Assembly: GCA_016748015.1 (NCBI GenBank)
Contig: JAAOMT010000723.1
Coordinates: forward strand, 1-64,000
DNA: 64,000 nt
Reading direction: 5' to 3'
Origin: Geosiphon pyriformis uo1
Lineage: Eukaryota > Fungi > Glomeromycota
Shown: piece by piece, positions 52,461-64,000 of the stretch
Position numbering within the stretch: position 1 is the first letter of the stretch
Layout of the letters: each line of letters starts with the position of its first letter
Position numbers and translations under genes: made by a program
Notes under the pieces: model-generated
Database searches by the model: none
What the model saw: only the letters and a program-made list of their open reading frames with translations
What the model was told of the DNA's origin: nothing

Positions 52461-54091
52461 CAAGAAGGTTAAGAAAGCAGTTTAAAAAAAATAACACTCA
52501 CTCTCTTTTTATATGATTTTACTATTAATATTATAAAAAATGATTATAATAATTAAACTATCTTTATTAATAATTGTTCACAAAATTAAGGAATTTTATT
52601 AAATTTTTATTGTTAATTCTATTGTAGTTGTAAATCATGTAGAATATCCATTGTCTTGAAAAAATACAGCTATAAAAATATCTTTAATAAAGAATGCTTC
52701 TTCGATAATTCTAAGTATAAATGAAAAAGTTTTCTAAAATTTATTTTCCAAGTGGTTTTAAAAAAATAATTTGACAATGTTACTCTTTACAAAAAAAATT
52801 CTATTATGCTTTCTCAATTTTACATATAAGCTGTTGTAATTTTAAAGTATATATAGCAAATTATTTACTTTTAAAAATATCAAAAAGATTAGAATTTCTA
52901 CATACTATATCTACTGTTCTCTCCTAATATCTTTTCGAGTCTCATATTGGCTCACCAAAAATGTATTTCTAGCATCAATATCAATATTAATCTCTAAATT
53001 TCTATCTACTTTCTTTTTCTCTTCTTTTTGCTTATTAATAAAGATTTGATAACCTCTGTATTTCTAGTTATAACAAAATAATATATTGCTGTCTTCCTAA
53101 TTTATTTTTTGCATTTAAATTATTTTAATAAGACATAAATTTTTAAATACTACAGTATTCTGAAAAAGATTGATTTTAGAATTATCAAATGTTTTAAAAG
53201 AATGTGCAAATATGCAGTATTATAGAAAGAAAGATTAGAATTTAAAAAATATTTTACAAAAAATAGAATGCAGCAGTATGTATTTAATAGTTGGCCTGAA
53301 TTACTTGGTGTAAATGTAGCTTCAGGCAAAAGTAGTGTAAAGTATTTTATAAGAGCTAGATAATCTTAAAATTAAGGATAATTATAACATAATTAATGCT
53401 TATAAAACCCAAAATTAAGATTGATAAATACAACTTTTTATGGAGCCAAATGAATACTATTTCAGCTATCTTTATTTCTTAGATTGGCTCTGGCTTCAGT
53501 TTGAACTAATTCTTTTATGATGTTATTTCTCCCCTTCATTGCTAGAAATAAAAATGTCAAAATCAGAAGAGCTCAAATGTATTAAATATAATTATTCTTA
53601 CTTGAAACACTTAAAAATGTTAATCAACCATGTTACATACAATTTACATATATATATATATATACGAATAATGACATAAAAACTTGTGACATTCTAAATC
53701 ATCAATTGCTTCAAGAAGTGGTTATCTTTCTGAATTTAAAAATATGTGCTTATTTACTTAATCTAATATTAAAAACTTTCAAAAAGAGTGGTTATTGCAT
53801 TCTATGAACATCATTAACTTCTGTAACATCTACAAAAAAAATTTTCACAAACAAATTTAAACCATTAATTGCATAATAACGGTACTGTAAAATGTACCAA
53901 TGTATTACCATATTGGTCTTTTTTAATAATTATTTCTTTAGCTGCTTTTTTATGGCATTATTAATTTGAATCAAAGAGATTTTTCAAGATGTTTTTAGAT
54001 ATAAAGTTTAATTTTTATTCATTCCAAAGTAGAACTTTCAGATTATAATGCATAATATGGTAAAAGTAAAAGAGACAAATAGATAAATCAT

Positions 54092-54510
54092 TTAAAAACA
54101 AAAGTCAAGTAAAGTATTATCTATCAAACACTGTGAATTTTTCTCATTCAAACAATCCAACAAATTTTTAGGTGTTTTCTGATTGAGCATAAGATATTTT
54201 TTCACTAATTCAGCAACTTTTAAATATTCACTAGGTAGAAAAATGACCAAATTTTCTTTGATGACAATTAAGCCAGTCAAGGGATGAAGTTGAAGACATG
54301 ATTTTTAAGCAACACAAATAAATTATTAAACCTTGAATAGTTTGTATCGGTAAAGAAGAATTTTTTAGAGTTCGTCTTGCTAATAAATAAGATTTCGACC
54401 ACTAATCAAATTTTTGAAAAGGTTAAGCCATGAAGAAATTGGAAAACACAATCCTTATCTAGATTGCTTAAACGGGTAAAGATCATCTTGAACTTGTCTT
54501 ATTGTGAGTC
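54092..54510 (-). pseudogene. Sel1/kinase family copy 3: 5' region only
   Basis: ATG at 54299. IVIKENLVIFLPSEYLKVAELVKKYLMLNQKTPKNLLDCLNEKNSQCLIDN matches 1448-1620, and about 200 bp upstream matches 1160-1387. Truncated before the Sel1 repeats. Confidence 0.9.
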
Positions 54511-56239
54511 GATATTGTTTAGAAACTGTTTTATAATGAGAGTACATGAAATAAAATTTATAGTGGAGAGTTATATCTAATAAAAAAATATTTATAATTT
54601 TATGAAGAATAAACTGAATTAAGCCTGAAAAGTTTGCTTTGAAATATTTTATTAATAATAGTTATAATTATTTTATTTTCTCTAGATATTATAAATTTAT
54701 AATAACAAAATACAGTATCTTTTGAAGAACACTAGATAGCTAAAATTCTAGAAATACTTGTTCCTGCTTATAACCTATATTTTAGAATAAAATATCAAAT
54801 ATATATAGATATGATTCATTTAAAAGGCTACAGAATATTTGACCAAAATAACTTTTTTACAATTCAGCTATAGTCTTCAATTTTTGTACTAAAATAGCTC
54901 CTAACAATTCTTCAAATCTCAAGTTTTTAATTCTTTTAAAAATAAATTAATCTTGTCCCCATTTTACCCAAAGATGAAATCACTAAATTGGAGAAGGATA
55001 TTTAGCTGGAGAAAATTCAGAACTAAATAAAAACAAATAAAAATTTTTATGTCTTTAAAAATTTTTGTGGGAATCTTTAGATTTAATCTAACACCTTAAC
55101 ATATTTTTGACTCACTTTTATCACAAAGTAAACCCATTTTGCCTAAAACCTTTTACAAAGATTTTTTCTATCATTTTCTTATATTGAACAATAATCACAA
55201 GTCTGTTGACACTTGGCTATTGCATTTTTCTCAATTATACATTGAATAAAAAAAATTTCAATCGTATTGCACAATATAAAACAATTTCATCACTGCATTT
55301 AGAATTAACTATAAATGCTAACATGTAATTTTATTCTATAAACTTTTGGTAGGATCTGTATGTATCAAAATGGGAGTTTTATTTTTTTGTCAGGTAATGA
55401 TCAAAGAGCCAAAGTTTAGAATAGGCAAATTTATTATTTTTATTAGTATATAAGTTTAATCAGAAATTGGTAAGCTTCCAAGATTTATTTAAACATTGGG
55501 GAAAATAAATACACATCTTTTCCAATCTTACATTAAAAATGACCAATTTATGTGCTCCAAAAATGACTTCAAATTTGAATTGTGAGAAGCTAACAATAAT
55601 ATTTTTTGAAAAGATCTTATAAAGTTTTAATTCAAGTTAATAGTTCAAGGTATTATACTCATAAGAATATTTTATATTTAAATTACTAAACTCCACAAAA
55701 TAACGATGCTCTTAACATAATGAAATAGAATATAAGACTATTATAGGCAAAGCCAAATACTCAAAAAAAAAACTAATTTTGATTGAAATTTTAATATTTA
55801 AAAATATTTTTATTTTATTTAGTCTTTAAATTTTTATAAAGTATGTGTATAATATTTTTTATCAGGCTTTTCAATTTTTGAATTGTATTCTAAATATTTG
55901 AAATTATTTGAAAAGTATTTTTTAAACAAATGACCAAAAAGAAAAGAAAAAATTAAACTTATAAAACATTATAATTTAAAAATAATTATACTTTTAAATT
56001 ATTGATCACATTATAATTGAAATATAATGAAAATATTAAAATAATTTGCTTTGTAAATATATATATTTATTTTAAAATTTGATAAAAATAATATATATTA
56101 ACAAAAGTTATTATAATTGTTAAAATGATAACTAAATTTTAGTAATTATGTGAATATCAAATTTAAAATTCAATAATTTGCATATACAGAACAAAAATTA
56201 TAAACTTGAATCTGTTTAACTTATTAATATATATATATA

Positions 56240-57367
56240 CAAGGGGGTATAAAAAATATTGGACACTTTTATAATATGTTATATAAAAGAACTAACTTAT
56301 GAATTGTTTATTTTTTATTATTATATTAAAATACATGTTAGTATTTTGTTTGACCCCCATTTGCTTCAAGAATAGCTTGAACTCAACATGGCATAGACTT
56401 GATCAAATTACAATAGTAATTTGCAGGTATTGCATCCCATTCTTCCTTAACCCACTGTTCCAATTCCACAATATTTGAGGGTTGTGAATTACGTTGACGA
56501 ATTTTAACTTCAATATATGACCAAAAATTTTCTATTGGAGTAATATCAGGACTTTGTGCTGGCCAAGGAAGTAATTCAACATTTGAAGAGGTAAGAAAAG
56601 AACACGCGACTTTTGATGTGTGGATTGGTGCATTGTCTTCCTAAAAAAAAAACTTTTTTTTAGTTTTTTTTGCATGAAGTTTTACCGTAAGAATTGCATA
56701 ATTAGCCAAGGTTTTGTGGTGTATAACTCCAGTAATATGACCAACCAAAGNNNNNNNNNNNNNNNNNNNNNNNNNNNNNNNNNNNNNNNNNNNNNNNNNN
56801 NNNNNNNNNNNNNNNNNNNNNNNNNNNNNNNNNNNNNNNNNNNNNNNNNNNNNNNNNNNNNNNNNNNNNNNNNNNNNNNNNNNNNNNNNNNNNNNNNNNN
56901 NNNNNNNNNNNNNNNNNNNNNNNNNNNNNNNNNNNNNNNNNNNNNNNNNNNNNNNNNNNNNNNNNNNNNNTGTGGTCAGTCTGTTCGTTTTTTAGGAAGT
57001 TTTTTTAGCTCGTATGACTTCATACATGTATTACAGAAGAACATGAACATTCAATAGTCGTGGAAATCTCACTGTTTGTATGTCCTAACTTTTTTGCTGA
57101 AATAATCCCTCCTTTTTGGTATTCAGAAAGTTTTTTTCCAAGACACATTTGATGCGGTAAATTTTTTCATGACAAGAATGTTTGATATTTTATATATACG
57201 TGTATAATCCACTGTTGTGTTTTACAAGGATGCGATTTATGTTGATTTGTAGATTATAACTATAAGTAATTATAAAAAAAATTATGGCTTAAATTGGTAA
57301 TGGTATTACAATATATAGCCTTTTTTGTATATTATATTAAGTGTCCAATACTTTTTATACCCCCCTG
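56240..57367 (-). mobile_element. Tc1 (DD34E) transposon spanning an assembly gap
   Basis: 29-bp TIRs ca(a/g)gggggtataaaaa(a/g)tattggacactt within a TA microsatellite. C-terminus EDNAPIHT...WPAQSPDITPIENFW...GGQTKY* with 34 residues between D and E; one stop (MPC*V). Confidence 0.93.
56751..56970. other. Assembly gap
   Basis: Run of N. Confidence 1.
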
Positions 57368-58106
57368 TATATATATATAAATTTTATTTACTTCCCACTT
57401 ACCTAAAAACTTTTCAATTTGAAGAATTTCTCATTATATAAATTCTCACAATTTTCGAAATTGAAAGACTAAACGCCATCATTTCTGGATAGAAGATTTG
57501 ATTTTTTTTTTATAAAATCTAGAATTTCAAAAAAAGAGTTGACGTATTTGGCTTGATATAATACAAATAGATATTATAAATTATAAACGAAGATAAAGAC
57601 GATAATATTTTAATTATTAAAGCACAATATTTCTTATTTTGAATCCTGTTCTCATCTTTTGCTATAATATTAGTAAATCAATAGCAAATCCAATCAAAGT
57701 TGAAGGGGGAAAATTTTTCCAGCTAGCAAATTCTCAAATAATTAAGTTCCTCAGAGTACCAATAATGAAAAAAAATTTCTTTGAAACAAACCTTTAAATA
57801 ATCGACAATTTATTTTTTGCTGAATAATTTATCATTCCTTATTATTCAACAAGGATCGATGTTATCATCTTACCGAATTTTAAGTCGAAAAATAAGCATA
57901 ATCATCATCTTATAGATAGAAAATAATTAATCGACTCCAAAGAGTAAGTAATTAAAAAGGATTTATGTATATATTTATTAATTCAGATAATAAAATTTAT
58001 CTGACAAATGGTCCAAAGATTGATTAATCTGTAATTGGAAACATTCATGACTCCTGTGTATATAATTGTAAACTTTCAAAAGAGATCAATTGTAATTTTG
58101 ACAAAG

Positions 58107-59490
58107 ATGGCAAATTTATATATAACTAAAGCATTTTTTGTTATATTAAGTAGTCAGGCTTTCCTGCTACTTTTTTTATTTTTAAATGATTTTCAAATTC
58201 AATATGAAATATTTTCAAAAAAGGAAATTTCCCTGGTTAATAAAAGTTTGGAGAAATCTTTAAAATATCAACAGATTCAACATTCAATCAATGAAAATTC
58301 AAATCTTTCAATAATTCTTGAGGGAAATTCGAGAATTCATAAAAGAAATCAAAGTCCTTATCCACCCAAAACGATACAAAATTTGAATGATGCCTATAAG
58401 CTTTTATTGTTTCATTTAGCACAATATGCTAATATGGCTTATTGTTCGGAAACAGTGGATAACCCGAATGGAAGGAAAAGGACCACGCAAAAATTAAAAC
58501 GTACTTTTCCTGAATTTTATTTGAAATCTCGATATTACTTTGAAATTACATCTAAAATTATTTAAAAAAAATAGCCCCAAGCTTTAACATTGCCTATGAC
58601 AAAAGACACAATCGTTTAATTATTTATTTCGTTGGGGAAATGTTATCCCGTATGCAATGGGAAACTCGAGAAGTTAAACTGGTACATAAAACTTTTGAAT
58701 TCTTGGATCAAGGGATACTACAACCACATCAAACATATGTAGATTCAGTATGGAATGAAGATATAAAAAAAATTAAAGGGGAAATAATTGAAAAGCTTGA
58801 TCATTTTCTTTCGTTTGATATAGAGTTGAATTTTGTGGGACATGGAGTTGGAGGTGGTAAGTTTCGTATTTCATCTTTCAATTTTAAAATTGTTATAATT
58901 TTAAAATTTTAAAATTTATGATACTCAAACAAAATTCAATGTAACCCTTTATTAATAAAATCTAGCTTATGCCGTTCTCGCTGCTCTCTATTATCAGGTC
59001 CACTGTCTTAACAATGGATCACTTAACAAAAACATACTAGTCACAACATTTGGCCAGCCACGAATTGGTCATGTTTCATTTGCTATCTTGGTCAACAAAT
59101 TTGTGAAAGTGCAAAGAATAACGCATTCAAATGATTACGTCCCTCGCTCATTTCATCCCCCACCAAAATTTTTACACCATGATAGAGAGTATTGGATCAT
59201 GCGTGATGAATGTGATTGTTTTAACACAAAAACTTTAGAGAGTGGCTATGTTTATTTCAATTGCCGAGGATATCGACCAAGGTGGAGTTTATCTTATGGT
59301 GAAAATCAGGTAAATAGTCGAAATTACTTGCTATGATTTATTTGATTTTCGAATTTGCTAAATTACATATATTTGATTTTGATTTTAATAAAAGGAATGT
59401 AATCAGGGCACAATTGATGATTTAGAATCATGGACTCATGTTGGTCCTTACTTTGGGGTTATAATGGGACGCTGTGATAATCAAGGATAA
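58107..59490 (+). CDS. Class 3 lipase-fold secreted or anchored protein lacking the catalytic Ser; exons 58107-58500, 58575-58856, 58966-59309, 59395-59490
   Basis: Spliced frame is open with GT-AG introns and has an N-terminal hydrophobic stretch. Motifs AQYANMAYC, FVGHGVGGAYAVLAA, TFGQPRIG, RITHSNDYVPR, HHDREYWI, ENQECN, HVGPYFG. Confidence 0.9.
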
Positions 59491-60689
59491 ATTTATCTCT
59501 CGCGAGTTTTTGTGACTTTTGGATTTAACAAGAGAAGATGAATTCGTGGTGGTAAAAATTTTGTAACTGTTATCGTAACTCAAGTATTTTTCGAAACGGT
59601 CACGTTTTTTCAACTATTCCATGTGCTTGAATTTCTAGACTACAAATAATAGATTGCCTTCTAACAATAAATCTGTTTCGTTTAAACTAATATATTTTGG
59701 AAGAACCAATTAAAATTTATTCCGAATAATATTTTGAAAATCTTTTTCATAACAATTCAACAAAAATCAATTGAAATTAAAAATAACTATAGGGTTTTCG
59801 GTCCAACAATTCACAAATAATTTATTTATTCAATAATCAAAGTATATAGCTGGTAGTTTTTGAATTATCAAATAAGTTTTGAAGCAAAATATCAAATAAT
59901 TACTACAAGCCCAAAAGCTTTTCAATATTTCAAAAAAATCTCATGCTGATAAACTAACTTTTTTAAATTTTTAGGATAAAATTTTTATAAAAACTAGAAA
60001 ATTACAAAAGTTTCTTCTCGCTGAAACCCTTTTTAATAAATGGCTCATTTCTGATTTTCAGTATTGTAAATAATATAAAGTCTTGGTTTGAAACTGATTT
60101 AATGACAAGACTTCAACCATGAAAAATTCTTTTATTTTCACCCAGGATTTAATATATATCAACTGATCAGCATGAAAGACAAAACATTCTCCTGAAACGA
60201 CTCTGTCTTTTTTGAATATTATTTGTATAAATATTACTCTACTTGGTATAGATTCACAACTTGAACAATCAAAAGCTACATTTTCACTCATTGTTCTGTA
60301 AACAAAAAGCTATTAGTTTGTTATATCCAGAAAATATTACCATTATAATTTGTATTATTATGACACTGCAGAAGAAACTGTGAAAAAAATAGACATAAAG
60401 TCAATTCATCTTGAAAGAAAAAATTCCTAGTCAGTAATAATCTTCATTTTTACAAATGGTAAGATTTTTATTTACAGGCTTGAATTTAAGCTAAAATTAT
60501 TCGCATTAATGAAAGCTCTATGTTGAATTATTATAATAATGTTTTAAAATAAAGTGAAAATAAATTCTTAAATACAAGATTTATATTAATATGGTTATAT
60601 ATTTTAATAAGTTTTACCTAAAGGTTATGAAATTAGTAAATAAATAGCATGAAAATTAAATTTATTTATAAGATTTAAATAGATTTAAA

Positions 60690-61202
60690 TAGATTTAAAG
60701 TAATATTGGTTAAATTAAAAGATGTTTGATTAACTTTGATATTTATTTTTTGAGATTACTACATCATTTTTGAAAACTAGTTATTAACTCAATTATCAAC
60801 CAAATTGTTAACTTGATTATTTATTTATTTTATTTATTATATATAAAATTTTTTTTTTAAAACTGTAAAAAAGTATCTAAATATTTATTTAAATATTTTT
60901 AGTCATAAAATATTTTTCCTTAATTTGTATTATTGTTAAAGTCTAATTTGAGAATTAAGAAATTTGCTTTGCAATATATTAAATTAATAACTGTTAAAAT
61001 AATTAATATTTGTGATTAAATCCTAAAAGTGTTAATTAAAACATAAAATTATAGCAACTGTGTTATTTAAAACCGATTACATTATTTGAATTGTCTAAAT
61101 ATTTAATTTGCTTTTTTTTTTTAATTTTTTTTTTAAATTTATATTACTCTTAATTTATATTACTTTTTCCTATGTATTAGCACATTACTCCAATATGTGA
61201 CT
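60690..61202 (+). mobile_element. Probable solo LTR related to 46950-47650
   Basis: Shares aattatcaac/ttaacttgattatt repeats, gttaa..aaacataaaat and ttactccaat segments with 47050-47650. Confidence 0.55.
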
Positions 61203-64000
61203 ATATTAAAATTATTTTTATTTTTGTAAAAAATTCCATTTTTGCTTGATTTATTTATTTTTTTGAAAAATTCGAAGCAATTTTAAAAAATACTAATAAA
61301 ATTAAAACTTTTATTAATAAATTAAATTAATAATTAAAATTTTACATTATTTAATTACGGTCTGTAAAATTAAGATTTCAGTTATTGATTAAGCAAAAAA
61401 ATTAATGCGAAATATTATTTGTTTATTTTAATTATCTACTAATATCAAAAAGATTTTATATGTTACAAAATAGAAATTTTATTAAAAAGAAGTTAACAGA
61501 ATATTAGTTAAAACAAAATAAACCAGAATAATAAATTTAAAACATAAAAAATAATAAATTGTATTGATTAAATTAAACAAAATTATAATATGACATAAAA
61601 ATAATGTGAAATATTAAAAAATATAATTAAAAAAATGTGCAGTAATAATTCAAATTATTAATTAAAAGAGTCATTTATTGAGAAAATAATTAAAAAAATA
61701 ACTGACCGAAAAATAATAAAGCGTGGCTGGTCACGTAGAAAGCAAATAATCCACGTCAAAAATAGAATATGTATATGTTTTATGTAAATATATAGCAGTT
61801 AGACCAACCTGCGTAAAATATTTTTGGTTAGATTTATTATTTTTAATACTATTTATTAGCATGTACTCCAATTTGTAACAAGCTAATTAAAAAACCAATG
61901 TAATTGAAAATTGCAAATATATCAAATAAGTATTACATTAATTATAACTAATCATATTTATGTAGTTTAAGTTGCAAGTAAAATAACTTGCAAATATGAC
62001 AAATAAGCATCATATTGATTGTAAATTATTGTAATTTTATGATTGAAATTATAATTAAGTATTTTACTAGTTCCATTTTTTAAACATTATTATCAAGTTT
62101 TAATTTTTTAATGAACTATAAATTTAAAATACAATAAAAATATTTGATACATTTTCAAACTATTTTCAAACTTTTAATTAACAAAAACAATATTAATTAA
62201 AACTAAATTAAGAATTAATTTGTAGAATGTTTGTTTAAAAATTATAATTAATTCTGTGTATTGTTAAAAATTACTTTTAATATTTACTTGAAAATAATAT
62301 TTAATTTTATGAATCTTTTTAAAAATCCAATCAATTTAACTTATTAAGATGACGCAATATTAAATAATTATTGTTAAAAAAACCGCAAAATTAATTATAA
62401 TAAAAACAGTTGAATAGAGAAAATTTACATATGACAAAATTTGTATGCAACAACTTTTTATTAAACAAATTTATTTTTTATAAACTATCATTATTACTTT
62501 AAACTTGATATCCAATATTTTTTAAATCCCAAATTTTTCAGCTGTGATTATGTAAAATACATTTAAAAACTGCAATATATATATTTAAAAATTAAAATAT
62601 GCGGAATTTAAATAAAAAAATCAATTAAAAATTTTTCAAACTCAAATTTAGTTTTTGATATAATATTAATAGTATTTAATCTTCAAAAAAAATTTATTTT
62701 TATAAAATATAACTATATAAATTATTAATTTAAATTAAATCAGTGGCTTATCAATTACAACTTCTATCAAATTTCAAAAATTTACAATGTATTTTATATA
62801 TGATTAATGAAGTTGTATGTTCAAAATATTATTTTATATGTTAAATTCCATTAAAATTACTTTTTATTATTTCAAAAAACGAAATATGAAATCGTTTAAA
62901 TACTTGACTTTGGATTCATTTAAAACAAATTTTCTTTTAGGGTGTTTAAATAAATAAATTTCTATATTTATTTCTAATTCAAGTGACTAATTTTTATATT
63001 TCCATTTGTTTAATTTTTTTTACTAGTCAAGATTGTTAATTGAATAAAAAATAAAAATTATTTGAAATTTTGTGATTTTTTACTATTATTTATTATTATA
63101 ATATCTATTCAATAGAAAAAATTCAAAAATAAAATAATTTTTGTTTAATCTTTGAAGAATAACTTAATAATTATTGTGTTCAAACATAAGGACTATTATT
63201 TTGAATATGAGGATTTGATTCTTTGTAATATTTAATTTAATCTCAACATCCCAGTATTATATAATAAAATTTTAATATTCTATATCTTTTATAGATAAAT
63301 TTTATCTTGAATCCATATCTAATCCTTTCAGATAAATTATAATCATATAAATGATGCAATTTTGGTAATGAATTAATGTGGATACATATTTAATAAATAA
63401 AATAACAATTAAAACAATTTATAAATGTGATTTCAGAAATTAATTTTCTCTTTTGGGATTTTAACCATGTTAGAGAATTTAGAAATATCGGAATTCCATT
63501 TAATAAAGGTTTATGATGTGTTAAAATGGCGATTAAAAATTATTAAAATTTAGTCCTTAATAAACTTATTTATATTATTAAAATATAATTATTGTAATTA
63601 ATAATCAATCTTATTGATTAAAGTAATTTCTAATATAAATTTGTTGTAATTGACTACTCCTTTTTCTCTGATAAAATGCTGATTAATTTTGTTGAAGCAA
63701 AAACCCATTTAACCATTTTAACATTTTCTAAAGTATTTGGCCAGAAATTGCATGTCTATCTGTAACCTAAATTATTTATTAGCATTAAGCAAATCGTGTG
63801 AATAGTATTAAAATAAAGTTATTTAAATTCTAACAAAATTTTGAAGATTTCTTACAATCTCAATTTTTCAAATTACTATATTAGTGATGAAATTCTATCT
63901 TCGAAATCTAAAATCTATCACCAAAAAGCACTATTTATAAGCCAGCTGGAATAATTATCCCGGTTTGAATTTTTATAGAAATCAATTAAATCAAGCTTTG

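Noticed and set aside
60058-60291. 77-aa minus-strand ORF
   Set aside because: No recognisable domain and no supporting exon structure.

Overview
Very AT-rich eukaryotic DNA (spliceosomal GT-AG introns, two N-gaps). Its gene families point to a Glomeromycota (arbuscular-mycorrhizal-lineage) fungus; Geosiphon-like is an inference from the Gypsy protease motifs and the class 3 lipase. The window is mostly a transposon and pseudogene graveyard. It holds four TIR-bounded Tc1/mariner elements with TA duplications, nested Gypsy LTR elements, MULE and hAT relics, two MITE-like elements and three copies of a Sel1-repeat/kinase gene. It also holds two decayed nuclease genes: a zinc-ribbon-repeat/Vsr-like one and a Crinkler-type PD-(D/E)XK one. 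The only apparently intact gene is a 4-exon class 3 lipase homologue (58107-59490) whose catalytic Ser is replaced by Gly. Repeats show a graded C>T/G>A decay, at CpG sites first and then in all contexts. A perfect Nextera/Tn5 adapter at 26110-26128 flags a possible misassembly. I found no clear-cut complete novel multi-gene system; the best leads are the pseudo-lipase, the nuclease cluster and the hypermutation gradient.
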